In this document: piece after piece, positions 37,784-52,396 of the stretch
Layout: each line of letters begins with the position of its first letter
Numbering within the stretch: the stretch's first letter is position 1
Assembly (NCBI GenBank): GCA_965655095.1
Contig: OZ296656.1
Location: forward strand, 16,554,001 to 16,618,000
Origin: Haplodiscus bocki
Taxonomy: Eukaryota
DNA: 64,000 bases
Reading direction: 5' to 3'
The notes under the pieces: model-generated
The model's input: the letters and a program-made list of their open reading frames with translations, nothing else
Databases searched by the model: none
Told to the model about the DNA's origin: nothing
Position numbers and translations under genes: made by a program

Positions 37784-40700
37784 CGTCGCTGATTTTTTCC
37801 AGGACGTCTCTTGGAACTTTGGAAATGTTTTGGTATGCTCCCCTGCTGTGCCCTGAATAAAGACCAGAAGCTTAAGCAGAAAGTTTGACAAAAAGATTTA
37901 TCGCCTGAATTTTGACAAATAAAATATATCAGAGAAGTTAGATAAGTTAATAACGGGCATTTGTTTATTCTTTTCAAATCGAAGCCGAACGTATTGATAT
38001 TACTGGCGTTTTTTCCAGACATTTGTAGCGTTTAAATTGTAGAAAAATTATAAAATAGCACAATAGAGATCAGCCGTCTGCATATTTGATGCTGGCACTG
38101 TAATTGCCTGCTTACATGTACGTTATCTGATGTCGCGTTGATGAAAAGTGTTGGACGATGCAAAATGCAATACATGAACTTGCTGATTTGCATGTAAGTT
38201 CATCCCCGGTTAACCGCTACTTGATCATCTACCATAAACGTCAATCAATATTGCGATGTTGTAAATTTGTTACACTCGGCTCTCTTGAGTGTAACATTCG
38301 TATATCCGCCATTAACATCTAAATAGTAAATTGGTGAAATTCAGCACTCTCGGCTAACCAGCAGTCAATTATCCGTCACAAAAGCAAATAGTGTAAAATT
38401 CAACACTCTCGATTAACCTCTTCAGTTGCTCGCCATCAATGTCAAAATTGTAAGTGCAGTTCTTTTTTGGAAGAGATTTCTTTACGAATTTTCTTCAAAA
38501 AGGGAGTTCTTCCAAACGTTTGATTGTTTTTATTTGGTTCCATTTTTCTTAAAACCATAGCTTCGGTGGTCAACTTGAAATCAACCGAATAGTTGCCAGA
38601 GCATTAATACAGCAGTAATTTATATCAACTTGTTGGTTTTATGGTAATGTGATGTGTTAACTCATTTTTGGTCTAAGAAGGTGGAAAGGTACGTTTTTAG
38701 TATGCGGTTGACAAAAAACAATATGACTGCGACAATTTTTTAAGGTGCTCTTCTCACTTCGAACCGACCCACCATCTGATGATTTTTTAAAATTTCGTAA
38801 ATATAGACAACAAAACTCTGGAACTGCGTTTGCTTATCAGCCAAAAATATGCACTCATTTATTCTGCTAAAATTATGCTACGCCACTTTTGACGAAAAAT
38901 CGAGGGATTGCTGTACTTTGGTATTTTTCCGAACAACTTTGGTCGTAGCATCTGGGTTTCCCTCGATTATCCGCCACTCTAGTTTCCTGCAATTAGGTCT
39001 GCCGACGCGCGAATGTTGGTGGAAAGTTGAGTCGCGGATAATTAGTGTTTAGTGAAGTATTTTTTAAGCTGGCAAACGCCAGCTTAATATGGTCGACTTG
39101 GTTTTTATGTATCGTTCTCAAGTCCTACAATAGAATGATTGGGACGTCTAGTCACAATCAGGCATCATTTGGTGTAGACGGCAGCCATGTGCGCTCAGGC
39201 ACTACTACCGTCCGCGTTCGAATCCAATCTCGGCCAAAACTTCGCGCTCGATTTTTCCCTTTTTCTCAATTAGGTTATCTTTGAAAAATCGTTCAATTTG
39301 CTCAATCGGGCGAAATTTTTGCTGCCCTTTGGAAATGTTTTGTAATTTCACTCCAAATTGAAATTCTCCGAATTTCGTGACTGTTTTTACAGAGATTTCG
39401 AATTGGTACAGAAAGTTTAAGTATTGTATCATCTTAGAAATTGAGCTAAGTTCATCGATGTTAAAAAGTAAATATAGCTGTTTTTGCGCAATTTTTCGCT
39501 TCAATCCTTACCCCATCGAATTTTCGGGCGGAATTGAGAAAGCTATCAAGAACAAAAATTGCCAGAATTTTTTCGATCTTTGTGGAAAGAAACGAAAAAT
39601 TTTGTGTACAAAACTAGCTGTACTTTTGGCTGAGGAGTAATGTTTTCAACTGCGCATTCAAGATAATTTTTCAACACGCTGAGTTTCGGGGAAATGTTTC
39701 AAGTCTTGGAGTCTTTCAAGAAATGCTTTCCGTCTTTTAAAGTAGGTCGCAATTTAGCTAGTTTTCTGTTTTTGCCAGATTTGTTGCAATTCTGATTTCA
39801 ATGTCAATTTTCGGCAGCTTCACCAAGGATTATAGCAAGAACAGGAATGTAGTCAAAAACCGTAAATCTTTTGGAGTGTCTTGGCGGTTCCTGATTGGCC
39901 TAAATGGCGTTTCGATGCCACAGTTGGTCAGAATAGCTAATACCATGTATTACTTTAAATGTTAGTATTTTTTCCGTCCCTATTAACCACCCTTACAGGT
40001 CGCTAATATCGAATGACCTATAAGTTTGTTTGAATATGGCTAAATACGGAAAGAAATTTTTAAGTTATTTTATGGCAGCTTTAATTTTTTTTAAAGTAAA
40101 GAACAGCTTTTTTTGCTGCTTCGGACTTCGCTGAACTTTCGCGCCGTGGTTTTCTAATTTTGCGTTTCAGTTAGAAGTGCCTTAAACACTAATACCGGAT
40201 TGCATATCTTCAAGATATGCAATGAATTTTAAACGTTGCTGCAAATTGTTGTTAGCGTTTCTAATCTGCAAAAACAACTGAGGTTAATATTTTCGCATAT
40301 TTTTTCTCGTTTCCCTTTCGAATATTCTTTGTAACTACGAATCTATCTGATATAATTGAAGCTTGACTTTTGGAAATTCTGGATATCGAATTTTTTATGC
40401 AGAAAGTCTTTTTTTGAATTCCAGCATCAGCCTGAAACTGCGCTAGTTAGCGGTTTTCTTTACAGTTTTCTTCCGCTTGCTCACCAATTTAGCTTTTTGG
40501 CTGCAACTGCAGCAGGTAAGGTTCGAAGGCAAGTGCTATTGCTACATTCTCTTCAATTTCGGTCACTGTAAGCTAATCCACGCTTAGCCATGAGAGAGCC
40601 TAATTGTGCACTGGTTGGTTTTTGTTTGCTATATTTCGAATAATAAACCTCAATGTAACAGTTTTTTGGAAATTCTTGGGCCTTTTGGCTTAAGAAGACT

Positions 40701-42854
40701 GCAGTCTGTCGCAAAATCCCCAGCAGTGGTTTTCCAGACAGTCGTCTATTTCAGTTTTCTACTGAGGTAGAATTTCGTTTCCACAAATTCAGAAGTTTTC
40801 TTATTGTTTTCGACAGTTTTTCCCAAGTTGTTATTGTTAACGCTGTTCCAAATTACCAGAAAGGCTGCGGAATTCGTTTTACCAACTTTGCAGAGCTCTG
40901 CTTCATCTCGTTGTTGCACTCGAGCCAATGGGTGTTATATAATAGGGTTCTGTCATTTTGTGATTCGTTTACATTTCGCATTTTCTCCTATTTTCTGAAG
41001 TTCCTAGATTTCGCTCATGCCCTCTCGTTTTGTTGCGAAAATTTTTCACGTGTGATATTTGTGAGCGTGAGCGGTTGTTATCAGTATAAAACAAATTTAC
41101 TGCTGTAGCCGTTCGTACTTGTTACACTCGTATATAAGTGTATAAGAATTAACAGAAATTTCTGTTCAATTGTTTATTCTTTAGTTTTCTTAGTAGCGTG
41201 GCCTCTTGGAAAATCAGTTTTACTGGTTCTTTTTGTTCACTGGTGCTCCGTTGGAAAGCAGAGTTACGCGTCTGTGTACGAAGTATGAGAAGAAAGTAGT
41301 GAATTTCGGTCTTGAAGCGATGCGTGATTGCTGACGAAAAGTCGAGAAATGAATAATTTTCTCTTCGCATAAAGACCAAAGGGACCAAAATTGCCCAAAA
41401 CATTAGAGGCTGAATCTTAAGGGCGGCGCTGACTTTGTCCCTTCTTGGATTGTTTACATTTAATCCATTTCTTCTTTGATTTGCCGATTTGTATAATATT
41501 GCAGCGGGGCTTTGAGCGTTTTTGTGTACGTTTCTGCTCGATATTCTGTTTTAATGTTCCTTTGTTTTTGAGTGTTAATTTCATGATGGTTAAGTTTTTA
41601 CCTCGTAATTCTTCCTCATTATTCTGCATATTTTTTGACGAAGTTCGAGAAACTTGGAGAAATTAATGGAAATTTGTATAAAAAAACTGATTTAGTTTTG
41701 GAATTGGCTTCCGAAAATATGGGATTTTTCGAGTTTTGAAAAGTCCTAAAAGGTACACTTCATGTTTCAGTTCAAATGGCAAGGCAGTATTTCCTAGAGA
41801 GTAAACCGGAGTTGGATCGTTCAAAAATTTTTCTCGAAGTTTCTAGTTTGTCAAACATCATAATTGCTTATGCTTCGATGTTCAAGCCCCGCCAGGGGCC
41901 CACTTTTTAAATCGGCAAACAGGTGAGGGGGGAGGCGATATAAAAAAAACCTTTTGCAATAAAAATAAAGTTTAAATTTTCTCGATGTTTGATGATGTGG
42001 CATAAGATACTACCGAATCAGACGCCAATTTTTCTGAGCCCTTTTCTTGAAAAATTCAAAGGATTCCCGAAGAAATGCATATATTGTCTACTCATTCCTA
42101 GAAATTCAAGAAAGTTTGATAACAATAACAATAAATTTCATTTGATTGAGTGTCACCGTACCGTAAAGTCATACTTGCACGAAACTGCAATATATATGAA
42201 GAATCAATTGCAACTGCAAAGTTTCTAACCTCTTAAATATGCATTCTTGCTATTGGAGGTGGCGGCTGTCTTTTTCTTACTACTGACAGATAAAAGGGTT
42301 CTGCTTTGAGTCGAAGCTGCCTATGTCTCGGAACTTAATCACATCAATGGTCTGTCAACAGAGCAAAATTTCATGAATGAATTCCGTAACGCAACTTCTA
42401 CGTTCTCATTACAGCATTGAAAGTGAAGATAACTGAAAACGTGACTCAGCAGTAGTTGGGAATCGTGGAGTTGCTTGTAACATTTGCGACTGGAAATTTG
42501 CAGGCAGAGTTGAAACTTGGGACTGGGACTTTCATTTCAAAAGGGAACATTTTCATTGACTTACAAGACGCCACTCCCCCCTCCCACATACACACAGGCA
42601 TTGCCATCTGTGTATTTAAATTAAAGTTCAATTGCATACCAAAAAGGTTTATTTGCCAAGATATTTTCCATCTTTTAGGAGAAATTCTAAAAAGCCTGGT
42701 TATTTGTAAAACTACCGTACTGATTTTAATTGAGCAAAAATTAAGCAAGTTTGGCGGCCCATTTCTCAACAACGCACAACAGTTCTACCAGAAAACTGCA
42801 AGAGCAAAAGTTTCTTAAATTTTCCATATTTTTTGTTTTTAGATCAGATCACTT

Positions 42855-43442
42855 GTTAAAAAGTTATGATTACTCTAATTTAGTCATTTTGTGATCAAAT
42901 TTGAGGTTTTACTGAAAAATTGAATCACATACTAAAGATACAGCAAAACATTCTGACAAAATTATTTAGCTCTGAATCTCTCCTGAAATATATTTTTCAA
43001 GTTTTCGAAAATTCAGTACTTGAAAAATTCACACCTATAAAGCAAAGTGAAGTCGCTATACCATATCTTGATACATGTAAATCACATTTTCGGCACCTAA
43101 AACGGTGATTTTTTTCAAATGAAAATTTTCTTTAAAAGAGGAATACCATGCCCTTGGGGCTTAATTTATTGTGGAGGTAATTGGCTAAAGAATTGAAGAG
43201 ATTGTTTAGTTTTAAGTACTGAAAAGCGGAAGCGGGCAATAGTTAAAAAATGTTGAAAATTGTCAAAAATTGGGATGTCAAACTTTTTGACTGTTCATCA
43301 ATAAATAAAAACTTTTGTAATCCTATCAAAATTCTAAGGAACTCTTGCTCTTCTCACTTTTTTTAAAACTTCTAGTTGAGATCTAAAGCTTCTAAATCGC
43401 CAATTTTCGCTCTGGAGTTAGCTTAATTGAAATCAGTACTGT
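42855..43442. repeat. Dispersed ~590-bp repeat, copy 1
   Basis: gttaaaaagttatga..caaatttgaggttttact..agatacag..aaatcagtactgt is shared with 59367-59970. Confidence 0.8.
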
Positions 43443-43522
43443 GTCTTTCCAAGCGTAAAAGCTGAAGTGATTGAACAGCTGTGATTGGAACGTTCTAGAG
43501 ATGCATTTGTATTGTATTGCAG

Positions 43523-43650
43523 GATCTCATGTCCAATTCGTCTCTGTTGGATTCCGTCATCAAAGAACTGTGTGAGCGCGAATTCTACATCAAGGCAGGG
43601 GAACTGTATGAAACTGCTCATGTGTACGATCGATCACTCAGACTTTACCG
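43523..43650 (+). CDS. IFT172: IFT172 coding exon (not in the ORF track)
   Basis: DLMSNSSLLDSVIKELCEREFYIKAGELYETAHVYDRSLRLY(R) resembles ELLANTELVE..ELYERAGDLFE. ttgcag acceptor, gttggt donor, phase 0/2. Confidence 0.9.
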
Positions 43651-46039
43651 GTTGGTGCTCACTCAATTTAGTTTTCATTAATAGTAGGTAAATATAGTGT
43701 TGAATTGTTAAATAGTTTCAACAACTTTCTTAACTTGAAAGTTTTTTTTATCCGTTCTGGTTAAACCATTGTGAGTATGTCGATATTTTTAGTCGGAGCT
43801 TTGTAGAAGAAAATGTGCCCGACTATTACAGTGACTTTTTTCCTCGTAAGTTGCTTTTCTAGCCTCGCAGCGATCCACTCTTCTTCTTCTCGTGGTCCAC
43901 CCACTATCATCAAACGCTATGCTGGGGAGGGACAAATTTTGCGAAACACTAATGGGTACTCCCTATGAAGTTTTCGGGACTCTGAGACTGAATTTTCTGA
44001 ATGAAATCGTCATAGTTGCTTTAGGTTACCAGAATCTTGTAGAACCCAAAGTTTTTTAAACACGAAAGTGTATCCCTTCGACGTTTTCGGCACTGTGGAA
44101 CAAAAAAAATGATATCCTTCGGTACATACCAAAAATTTTCACTTATTACAGTTTATACCGGTAACTATACCACCATCTACCTTATTTCGAAAAATTTGTG
44201 GTTTCCTTGCATGGTAATAGACAGTCTGGGTCATTTTTGGACGTAGCTTCCCAGACATAGAAAAATAAAATTTGACATAAAAAGTTTAGCGTATCCGAAA
44301 ATAGATCAATTGTCAAGTTTTCTCGCCAAAAACATCAAAATTTCTTCTGTTGCAACTAAAATTTAGTAGGTAAACCACTGAATTCTCATTGCCATTCCAG
44401 TGGAAAATGTGGGCCATTTTGAGGCCGCACTTCTAAGATGTAGCTGTTTTCAAATATCTCGCGGATATCTACCATCGTGGGTCGACGAAACTGATAATAA
44501 TTTAACGTTCTAGTTGCCAAGATAGATTTCAAATTTATAAATATCTTTGAAACGCCGAGAAAACCTCGAATTTTCTTCGATTTTTCGCAAAAAAAAACCA
44601 ATTGAAAAATTTTCTGATCACAACCACAATACAATTGATAATTAATTAGTACTTCTCTCTTATGCTTGTTCGGAATATGGAGTTTTTCAAGAGTTACCTT
44701 CAGTACAAAGGACGAAAATGCAGAGAAAAATCTCAATTTTCAAAATCTTTTCGGAGAGGAACCTTTAGCAAAAGTTTGGCTACCATTTTTTTTCCATCTG
44801 ATGGATTTGATACTTCTTGTTATGGCTCTCCAAGTAGTTTGAAGATATAGGTGTCAAGGTTAAAAAATTTTAGGTGAAAGGACAGAGTGTCCTCGTTGAG
44901 CTTGTTTACAAAGTTAGGTATTTTGGGGGCCTGCATTAGGAATTAAACGACTTCTGTCATGGCAATTATCGTCAAAGTAGCCAAATTAGATTTCCAAGGT
45001 TCTTTCGCAAAATACCGATTGTAAAAGTGTCGCACTGCATCTGATATTAACACTTGTGGTGACGTGAAAAGTTAAAAATAATCCGTCAAATAGGTAATGA
45101 CTTGAGAGTGGAACGGGAAAAATTGAAAAACCCTGCCTCCGAGTTTTCCAATGTTCATGTCTGAAGAGGCTGCGCTACACTCTCCGAATAACGTTATCAC
45201 TGGATGATCGAAATTTCGATAAGTAGTGAAAACTGAATCGGTGGTTTTCGTAAGTGACTGAATTATGTAATTGATGTTTTGAAATCGGTCAATATTTTCA
45301 TCAAACGTTAGTTCCCGATTGAAAATTGAAGGGCTAATAAGCTGAGAACAGCTCACAGTCGGTGCTCCCAATTTGTTGGACGCGAAAATTTCAGTAAACA
45401 CTAAAGGGGTATCACGTGTTCCCACAAGAAACTCACAGTACCGAAAAATTTCGTAGGGGTTAAATTGCGATGATCAACCTGCCCCCGAGAAAAAATTTGG
45501 CACAAGTAAAGCTCGCAATGCTTTTAGGAAGGAACTTTTGCTTTGATGCTCTCAGAAACTTTGGTATACTAGAGGAGTATCAGAAATTATGGATCCGCAG
45601 GGGGCTCTTTGTTCTTTTTGAAGAATTGTGGTTTCCAAAAATTTTGAGTGTAACAAGAGGATTTTTGCATTTGTTTGCAAAAATTCAATCTCACAGGGCT
45701 GAAACTTTTCGTTGAGGCAGATTTGGGGCTCTAGATCATTCGTTTTAGAAGTTCAAATATACTAAAGGAAGTATCACGATTTTTTTGTCGTGAAAATTTT
45801 CGATCAAATTTAAAAATTTCGATTTTTTTGGATATTTTGGCGAAATACGAGTCTCAAGGGCTGGGTATTTTCGAAAACTGGTGAAAAATCGAAAAAAGTA
45901 GCAGTTTCAGAAAGAATTCACCATTGAAAATACGTGAGAGAGTGGACTTTTTCTCGGTTAACCGTGCGTGAGTTCAAATAATCAATGTTCGGATAATCAA
46001 GAACTTATTGTATTATATACAGAGTTTGTGTTGTTTTAG

Positions 46040-46229
46040 AATGTCAAAAGACAAAGAAGGTTTCTCAAACGCAGTAAGACTGGCACGTGAACATGACTTG
46101 GGAGTAGATGCGAGAGATCTTCTGGAGGAGTACGCCGACTATCTCTATGACCAGATGGAGTTTGAGATGGCCATGGAGAAATACCTGCAAGCCTCGGAAC
46201 TTGTGAAAGCACTTAAATCTGCGTTCAAG
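46040..46229 (+). CDS. IFT172: IFT172 coding exon
   Basis: MSKDKEGFSNAVRLAREH...LEEYADYL...KALKSAFK resembles AVELAR..LEEAWGDHL. tttag acceptor, gttaag donor, phase 2/0. Confidence 0.9.
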
Positions 46230-47348
46230 GTTAAGACTATTCAATGAATAATTTATTCAAAAATGAATGCAATATTTTCCATACAATAACTTTTTTCAAG
46301 AAGGAGAATCAGCAAGACACCCGGCTACAACTGGAGTATTTTCCACGCTCCAACTTTGTTAAAATCGCCGTTTGAGGAAGAAAAATACTGTTCTATATGC
46401 GTTCTATATCATATTGGCTAAATTTTCCCAATTTTAAAAATCACATTTTAAAAAAAACCCTAAATTTTGGTCACAAAAAGGTATTTTTCAGAAATATTAC
46501 CGTTCTATCCGAATTGTACATCAGATTTGCTGGTTTTCTCCCATTTTTCGAAAAAAAACAAATTTTTAAACTGAGAAAACTCTATTTTGGTACGTTTTGA
46601 ACAAAACGTAAAAAACGCACGCGTTGAGTGCATAATTATTTTCCAGCCACATTAAAATTCGGCGGGAAATAATTAGTTGTATGTTTTTGTCAAATATACA
46701 TTTATAACGTGCAGAGCCGTGCTCACGAAGAGTTGTTGAATTGAGCAAGCTTCTAAAATGTAGTCATGACGTGGTCGGTCTATGCACCATTGCATTAAAA
46801 AACTGTTCCATTTTGGAAAACCAATGCTAGTGACTGTGGTACGCCTATAACACTAGATACTGTGTCATTATTTTTCGTAAAAAGGCCTGATTAGTATAGT
46901 AGATTTAATCTGTTTCCCACCGTGTATTCAACGAACTGTTTGGGTGATCAAGAATTTTATGGTTCTCTTTAATTTCAGACCAAGATTACAGGTCAGGAAC
47001 GCACTAAAAGCGTCCTTCTGCTAATTTTTGCATTTTTGACAAATTCCGACAAATTTAAAAAATGCGACGTTTTTACCAGAAAAAAAGTGATTTTTTTTGT
47101 CTGAACATCCATGATTTTTGAAAAACAAAGAACCCCAATTATATTTTGGGCCTTTCTGGGCGGCGCCGACTTGAGACGTTCCGAGCTTGTTATTTTTCTA
47201 GTTTACTTGTAGTTCAGTTATTACTTGAGAAAATATTAATATAAATAATTGCGATTATTTATTTAGTTTCAAACATAGCTGTTTTGCAATCATTTTTTGT
47301 TTGCAATAGCATCGCTATTATAATTTGAGCCGCCCTGTTGTGTTGTAG

Positions 47349-47549
47349 GCGAACAGCATCATGAGAGCGGAGGACATCTTCGAGACAATAAAAGAGTCGC
47401 CGGGAGGGAAAGAGAACTTCAACAGGAATGCGAACAGGGGGGCCAACGCCGCGGGGGGTGATGACAATTTGACTTATGAAGCATGGGCCATCAAGTTGGG
47501 ACAGTATTACGCAACTCTGTTGTCGGGCAATAAAGAACGAAACATGAAG
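47349..47549 (+). CDS. IFT172: IFT172 coding exon (with N/G/A-rich insertion)
   Basis: ANSIMRAEDIFETI...KLGQYYATL...RNMK. tgtag acceptor, gtcagt donor, phase 0/0, colinear with flanking exons. Confidence 0.85.
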
Positions 47550-47954
47550 GTCAGTTGAGTTATGCAACTATTATCATATGCATATTTATACATTTCGTTA
47601 TAAAAATCATCATCGGAAACTTGGAAAACACACCGAACCACCAAGTACATCTTCAAGGTCGGTGTTTGTTGCTGACAAAGATCTCGGTAGATTTTCATTT
47701 GTTTTTGAACAAATTAGTGTTCAATGATCGAGCCCCGTAGAAACCTAATTTGCTGAAACGAACCGAAGTGTGGTACGTTCTCGCTTCCTTTCACACCATA
47801 ATTTTTTCAACCTATTCACTTGTGGAAGTGCAAATTTGGCACTGGTAAAATTCGCGACAAGTAGTTGATTTGGAATTTTTAAAGTAGAAAATGAAATTTA
47901 CCATCGAAACTTGTGACTCCTGTACTGAATTATGTATACTTTTTGATGTTTCAG

Positions 47955-48142
47955 AAAGCGCAAAAATACTTCCTGGAAGCAAACAGCGTAGAGCACATAA
48001 TTCGAATGTACAAAGATGCAGGGCATTGGCAGAAGGCTTACGAATACTTGTGTGAAATCGGAGCCAAGCAGGAAGCTAATCAATTCTTACAACAGCAGGC
48101 AGACATTTGCATCTCTGAGAAACGATATACAGATGCCGAAAA
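47955..48142 (+). CDS. IFT172: IFT172 coding exon
   Basis: KAQKYFLEA...IRMYKDAGHWQKAY...RYTDAE(K) resembles MYTQAGRWEQAH..KYREAER. tttcag acceptor, gttggt donor, phase 0/2. Confidence 0.92.
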
Positions 48143-50090
48143 GTTGGTTTTCTATTTAAATCAGTAACTGAATGTCTTCACTGTAAGAATTTTGGCGAGG
48201 TTGCAATGGTCCTCACCGTGGCAGGTTTCTGTTTCTAAAAGAGGTTGCGTATTTATGGAAAGAACGATTAATTTGAATAAAATCTTATCCTAAAGTTTTC
48301 ATGATATCTCCAAATTATCCATTAATTGGCAGTAATTTCAAGAGAGAACAAGCCAAAAACGGCTCAAGTTGGTGCGACCCTCATAGATTAAAATACTTCG
48401 AAATGCATTTTGAAGAGTTCTGGTCTTTCCAAGAATATCATACCAAAGGTATCTGCCGCAATCCCTGCAGTGTTTACCACCCGAGGGTAGAATAGAGCAT
48501 TCTTAGTACGACAGGGATGGGGTAGAGGAGAAGCAGGGATGTCTTAGTACGTGTCCATGGATATTCTTGGGGCTAGAGGTAACTTACTAAGGTGCATCGC
48601 TGGTTTTTCTAACTTATTTCTGGGCCCAGCCCCAGGGCCGTAGTAAGTTATCTATCTATCTCCCAAGTAAGTACACATTACATAATAGTTTAACGTTCTG
48701 ATAGTTTATAAATTCGCCGGAAACCAAGCCTAACTAACCCCGGGAGGTGAAACATGAGGAAAATTATGTCTGTTGGAAATATTGCAGAGAAACATGTCTG
48801 AAAATTTTGAAAATGCTTCGTTTTGGATTAATTCAAAATTTTATTGCTTCCATTTGGCTGATTTTACAAACTTGCTTTATTTTGTTTTTTTTTTGGATAA
48901 GATTATTGTTGCCGTTCTGTGAACCGACGCGAAATGCATGGGTAGGGAAGCGACTATCGATTTTTACTATTTCTCTTGTGTACATTTCTGTAGTGGAAAA
49001 CACAAAACGGAACAAGAAGAGATTTTGGTACTAAGTTGCTCTTATGGGGTGGAAGGCATTCGTACTTAGGTACATCCTAAGTATAGGGCATTGTTACTAC
49101 GCTGCATGTATGTGCGCAGGGACTTTTTTGTTACGGGTTATATCTCGAAGGGTGGGGTTCATACCTGCACCCGTAGTTAGTAATCGCGGTGGCGGTGGTT
49201 CCGAGATCGATTTTCCACCAGCAATTTTGTCACCCCAATTCTTGTGGATAATCGCATGTGACCTTTAACGGAAAGGTCGAGCTCCATCATCTTTCTTAAC
49301 AATAAAGCGCCCAAAAATTTATTTTCGAACATTGATAATCGATTTTGGCGGTTATTCGATCTAATATGGCAAGGTTGGCAGATAATCAAGGAACAAATGC
49401 ATTACATATAGCGAAGCAAGAAAGGAAGTGGTGCCGCTGAGAGGTGAGGTAAGCGAGAACTGCAGTGGGCCAATCACAACACGAGCGATCAATCAAATCT
49501 GTCAATACAAATGTTTCGGAATGAGTCACGCCAATAGTCGGGCTTGTTTGCACGCAATGACCATTAATAGCTTTTGTGTTTCTCTACTTTGACAGGGAGA
49601 AGTGCTTGGTGAGACATCAAATTTTCAAGGTATCCATTAATTTCAGGATCAGAACAACAGGCCAAGAACTCGAAAAGAATGTTTATATGTAAGAAATTTG
49701 TGAGTAATACCCTTGCATATACTGAATGGCATAGACCAAAGGCATTGACCAAAAATATCTGGACCATTAACTTCAGGCAGTAAATATTGTGCAAAAGTTC
49801 CGTCCCTCTACCAAATTTCCAGTTTTTACTAAAATTTTCAAGATTTCTTCACCAGAAAAACGTGATTTTATAAATTTTATTTTGTCCGCAAAGCTACGAT
49901 TTTTCAAAAACAAAGGACCCATGGTTGTTTTGAGCCTTACGGGCGGTGTCGACTTGGACTGTTCCGGCTGGCTAAACGCGTAGTTTCCACTTTTTGAACC
50001 TTTTTGAGGGAAATTGTAAGTTTCTGTGATGAAAGTAAGAAATGTTTTGAAGTGCAGTAATGTTGTCCTGAGGTGATGTTTTGTGTTTAG

Positions 50091-50226
50091 GATATTGATG
50101 AAAGGTAAGATGTATGAAGAGACAGTGGAGATGTACAAACGAATTGACGATTACGACAACGTGCTCAGAGTGCAGAGACGACTCGGAATGGGCGATGACG
50201 TATCCATGCTCATCGAACATGCTGAG
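50091..50226 (+). CDS. IFT172: IFT172 coding exon (not in the ORF track)
   Basis: ILMKGKMYEETVEMYKRIDDYDNVLRVQRRLGMGDDVSMLIEHAE resembles AITMYKKHKLYDDMIRL. tttag acceptor, gttaga donor, phase 2/0. Confidence 0.88.
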
Positions 50227-50559
50227 GTTAGAGAGGAACCATGAAAATGTAACCTGATATAAATGCGCTACTGATACGAGTCGTTTTCCGTAAAGCGTTG
50301 TTTTGTGAGCTCATTTTTAATCAATTGTGTTCAGAGTATAGCGAATATATTTATTTCTAATTCAACTTTAACATGCTCCTTTGATGGTCACGAATAGCTT
50401 CCCATTCGATACCTGTAATCTCTTCTATCGTTTTTTCATCAATTTGTTTTTCCCATCATTTTTCGACCAAACTTAATAAAACACTTTTTTTTCGACTTTC
50501 GAATCTCTTTTAACGCATCCAAAAAGCAAAATCTATAGATGCGTTTGTGTTTTATGTAG

Positions 50560-50676
50560 AGACGGAAGCGTGATGGCGATTTCTACGAGGCCGAGAAGTT
50601 GTACATGGAGGCTGGCAGTTGGAAAGAAGCAGTGAATATGTACATGCAACAAGGCAAATGGGAAGATGCCAGAAGG
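50560..50676 (+). CDS. IFT172: IFT172 coding exon (not in the ORF track)
   Basis: RRKRDGDFYEAEKLYMEAGSWKEAVNMYMQQGKWEDARR resembles EAEYHYLEAQEWKATVNMY..WEEAYR. tgtag acceptor, gttagt donor, phase 0/0. Confidence 0.93.
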
Positions 50677-52396
50677 GTTAGTCTGTTGTCTGTTCAACTC
50701 AAAGATGGATTGGAGCATGAATGAACTGAACCAGTAATCATGAATTTTGGTTCAGCGCAACCATTGAGGCAACTGATTCAGCGCAAAAGATTAAATGATC
50801 GTTTGTATTTGGCAGGGTTGGAAAAAATTGAACGTACATAGCAATAAGTCATTAATTAAAATGCATTTCATTTAGTTTATGTTCGGTGAACAACATTAGC
50901 ATTTGCTTAATGTTGCGAAAACTTTAATGTATCTATTATTTTGGCGGATATTTTGGGCGAGTATACCAGTTCGCGGTCCTTTGTTCATCCGGCAACGTTC
51001 AGTTATATATTTTTTCAATTACTTGCCAATTATTTGCGTAAAATACACGGTAGCCTAATTCTCGGCAACAGTGGATTAGTCAGCAAGGTATTCGCTTGAG
51101 TATCAAAACATAAATCGCTTCTGAAGTTCTTTTTCTCAAACTTTTTCTAATTTTTACCCTAAACCAAAAGTGCAAAATCTATCTCCTCGTTCCGGACAGC
51201 CCGCTCGGGGTGCTGGCCTGAACGGGAACTTATTTTTTTTGGACCCCGGATTCTTCGACCGGAGGATGAGCCTCCAAATGTTGTGATTTTCGAAATATGG
51301 CCCTTTAAAGTCCCTAATGATATTATAAGATAGATCTTTCGTATGCATTTCGGCCAAAAGCTGAAAAAAACGAAATTTAAAAGCGTGTTTACTAAACGGC
51401 TGTGGTAATTCGTTTATAGGTGCTGGCTAGGACCCAACTGATGCATAAACCCGACGGATTTTTTGGATCCTTTGGATGGTCTACTGTACTTTGTATTTTT
51501 CTAGAAACGTGCTTTAGAATTCGATTGTTTCTTTTGAGGTTTGGAATAACTGCAGTCGCAGGGCTACACTGGGAGGGAAAATTCCGTTTTTCACGACAAT
51601 ATATTGATGTTCTGCGTCTTGTTACATTCAAATTTTTGTTTTTTCTCGCCCAGAAAGATTTTACTTCTTGCTCTTGTTTCTCGAAAAACAATGTAAACAA
51701 TCTCCACGCATTTTTTTTTCATTTTACTCAACTGTCGATTTTTTTAAACGGCAGGACTCTTGTGTGTCTGACGATCCCGTTGCCTGTCCTCTCCAAGCCT
51801 CTCATTTATTATTTTGTGTGGATTTAACCACTTGCTTTGAGAATCAAACTTCTTTCTTCTCTAAAAATGATTGGGATCAAAAATTAATGTAAACGTTAAA
51901 TGCAAATGAAGCATTTATGTAATTGGGGAAAACTGCATCAACGTTTAGGTAATGAGCTATTGCATTAATAACATTGCCTCATTTTTAATCCCTAGTCTAT
52001 AATATTCCATGGATTCTATAGCAAAGATAAGTTAAGGTTCAGTACTCCAAATTATTCGTATTAAATAATTCAGATAAATCTTAGAGTATAAATAATTTCA
52101 ATAGGAAAGTTGTTGTAAACATTGGACAATTTAGATAGACGGCCTGCAAAAAACCACCTATTATCTACCCTAGCAGTCACCATCGTAATACTAATTTTGT
52201 TTCGTATCAAAATTAGAGTCCAGGGTATTGTTTGATATGGTAGTGTTTAAAAAGTAGCAAGAGTGAACTGTTGTTTGTATTCTACCTTATGGTTTTCGGC
52301 TTTATCAGTTCTTAAATTTTGAAACAAAAGTGAGTATCGCTTTTGAAATGAATATTCCGGTGAACATGTACTGTTTATGCGAACGTTTTTTGTCAG

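Noticed and set aside
37575-37856. 93-aa plus-strand ORF as an extra IFT172 exon
   Set aside because: IFT172 exons ending 29525 and starting 43523 already join colinearly; this ORF is antisense to the nested gene's TM exon.
40199-40223. Perfect 12-bp-arm palindrome attgcatatctt-c-aagatatgcaat
   Set aside because: Isolated, in decayed AT-rich repeat sequence, with no supporting context.
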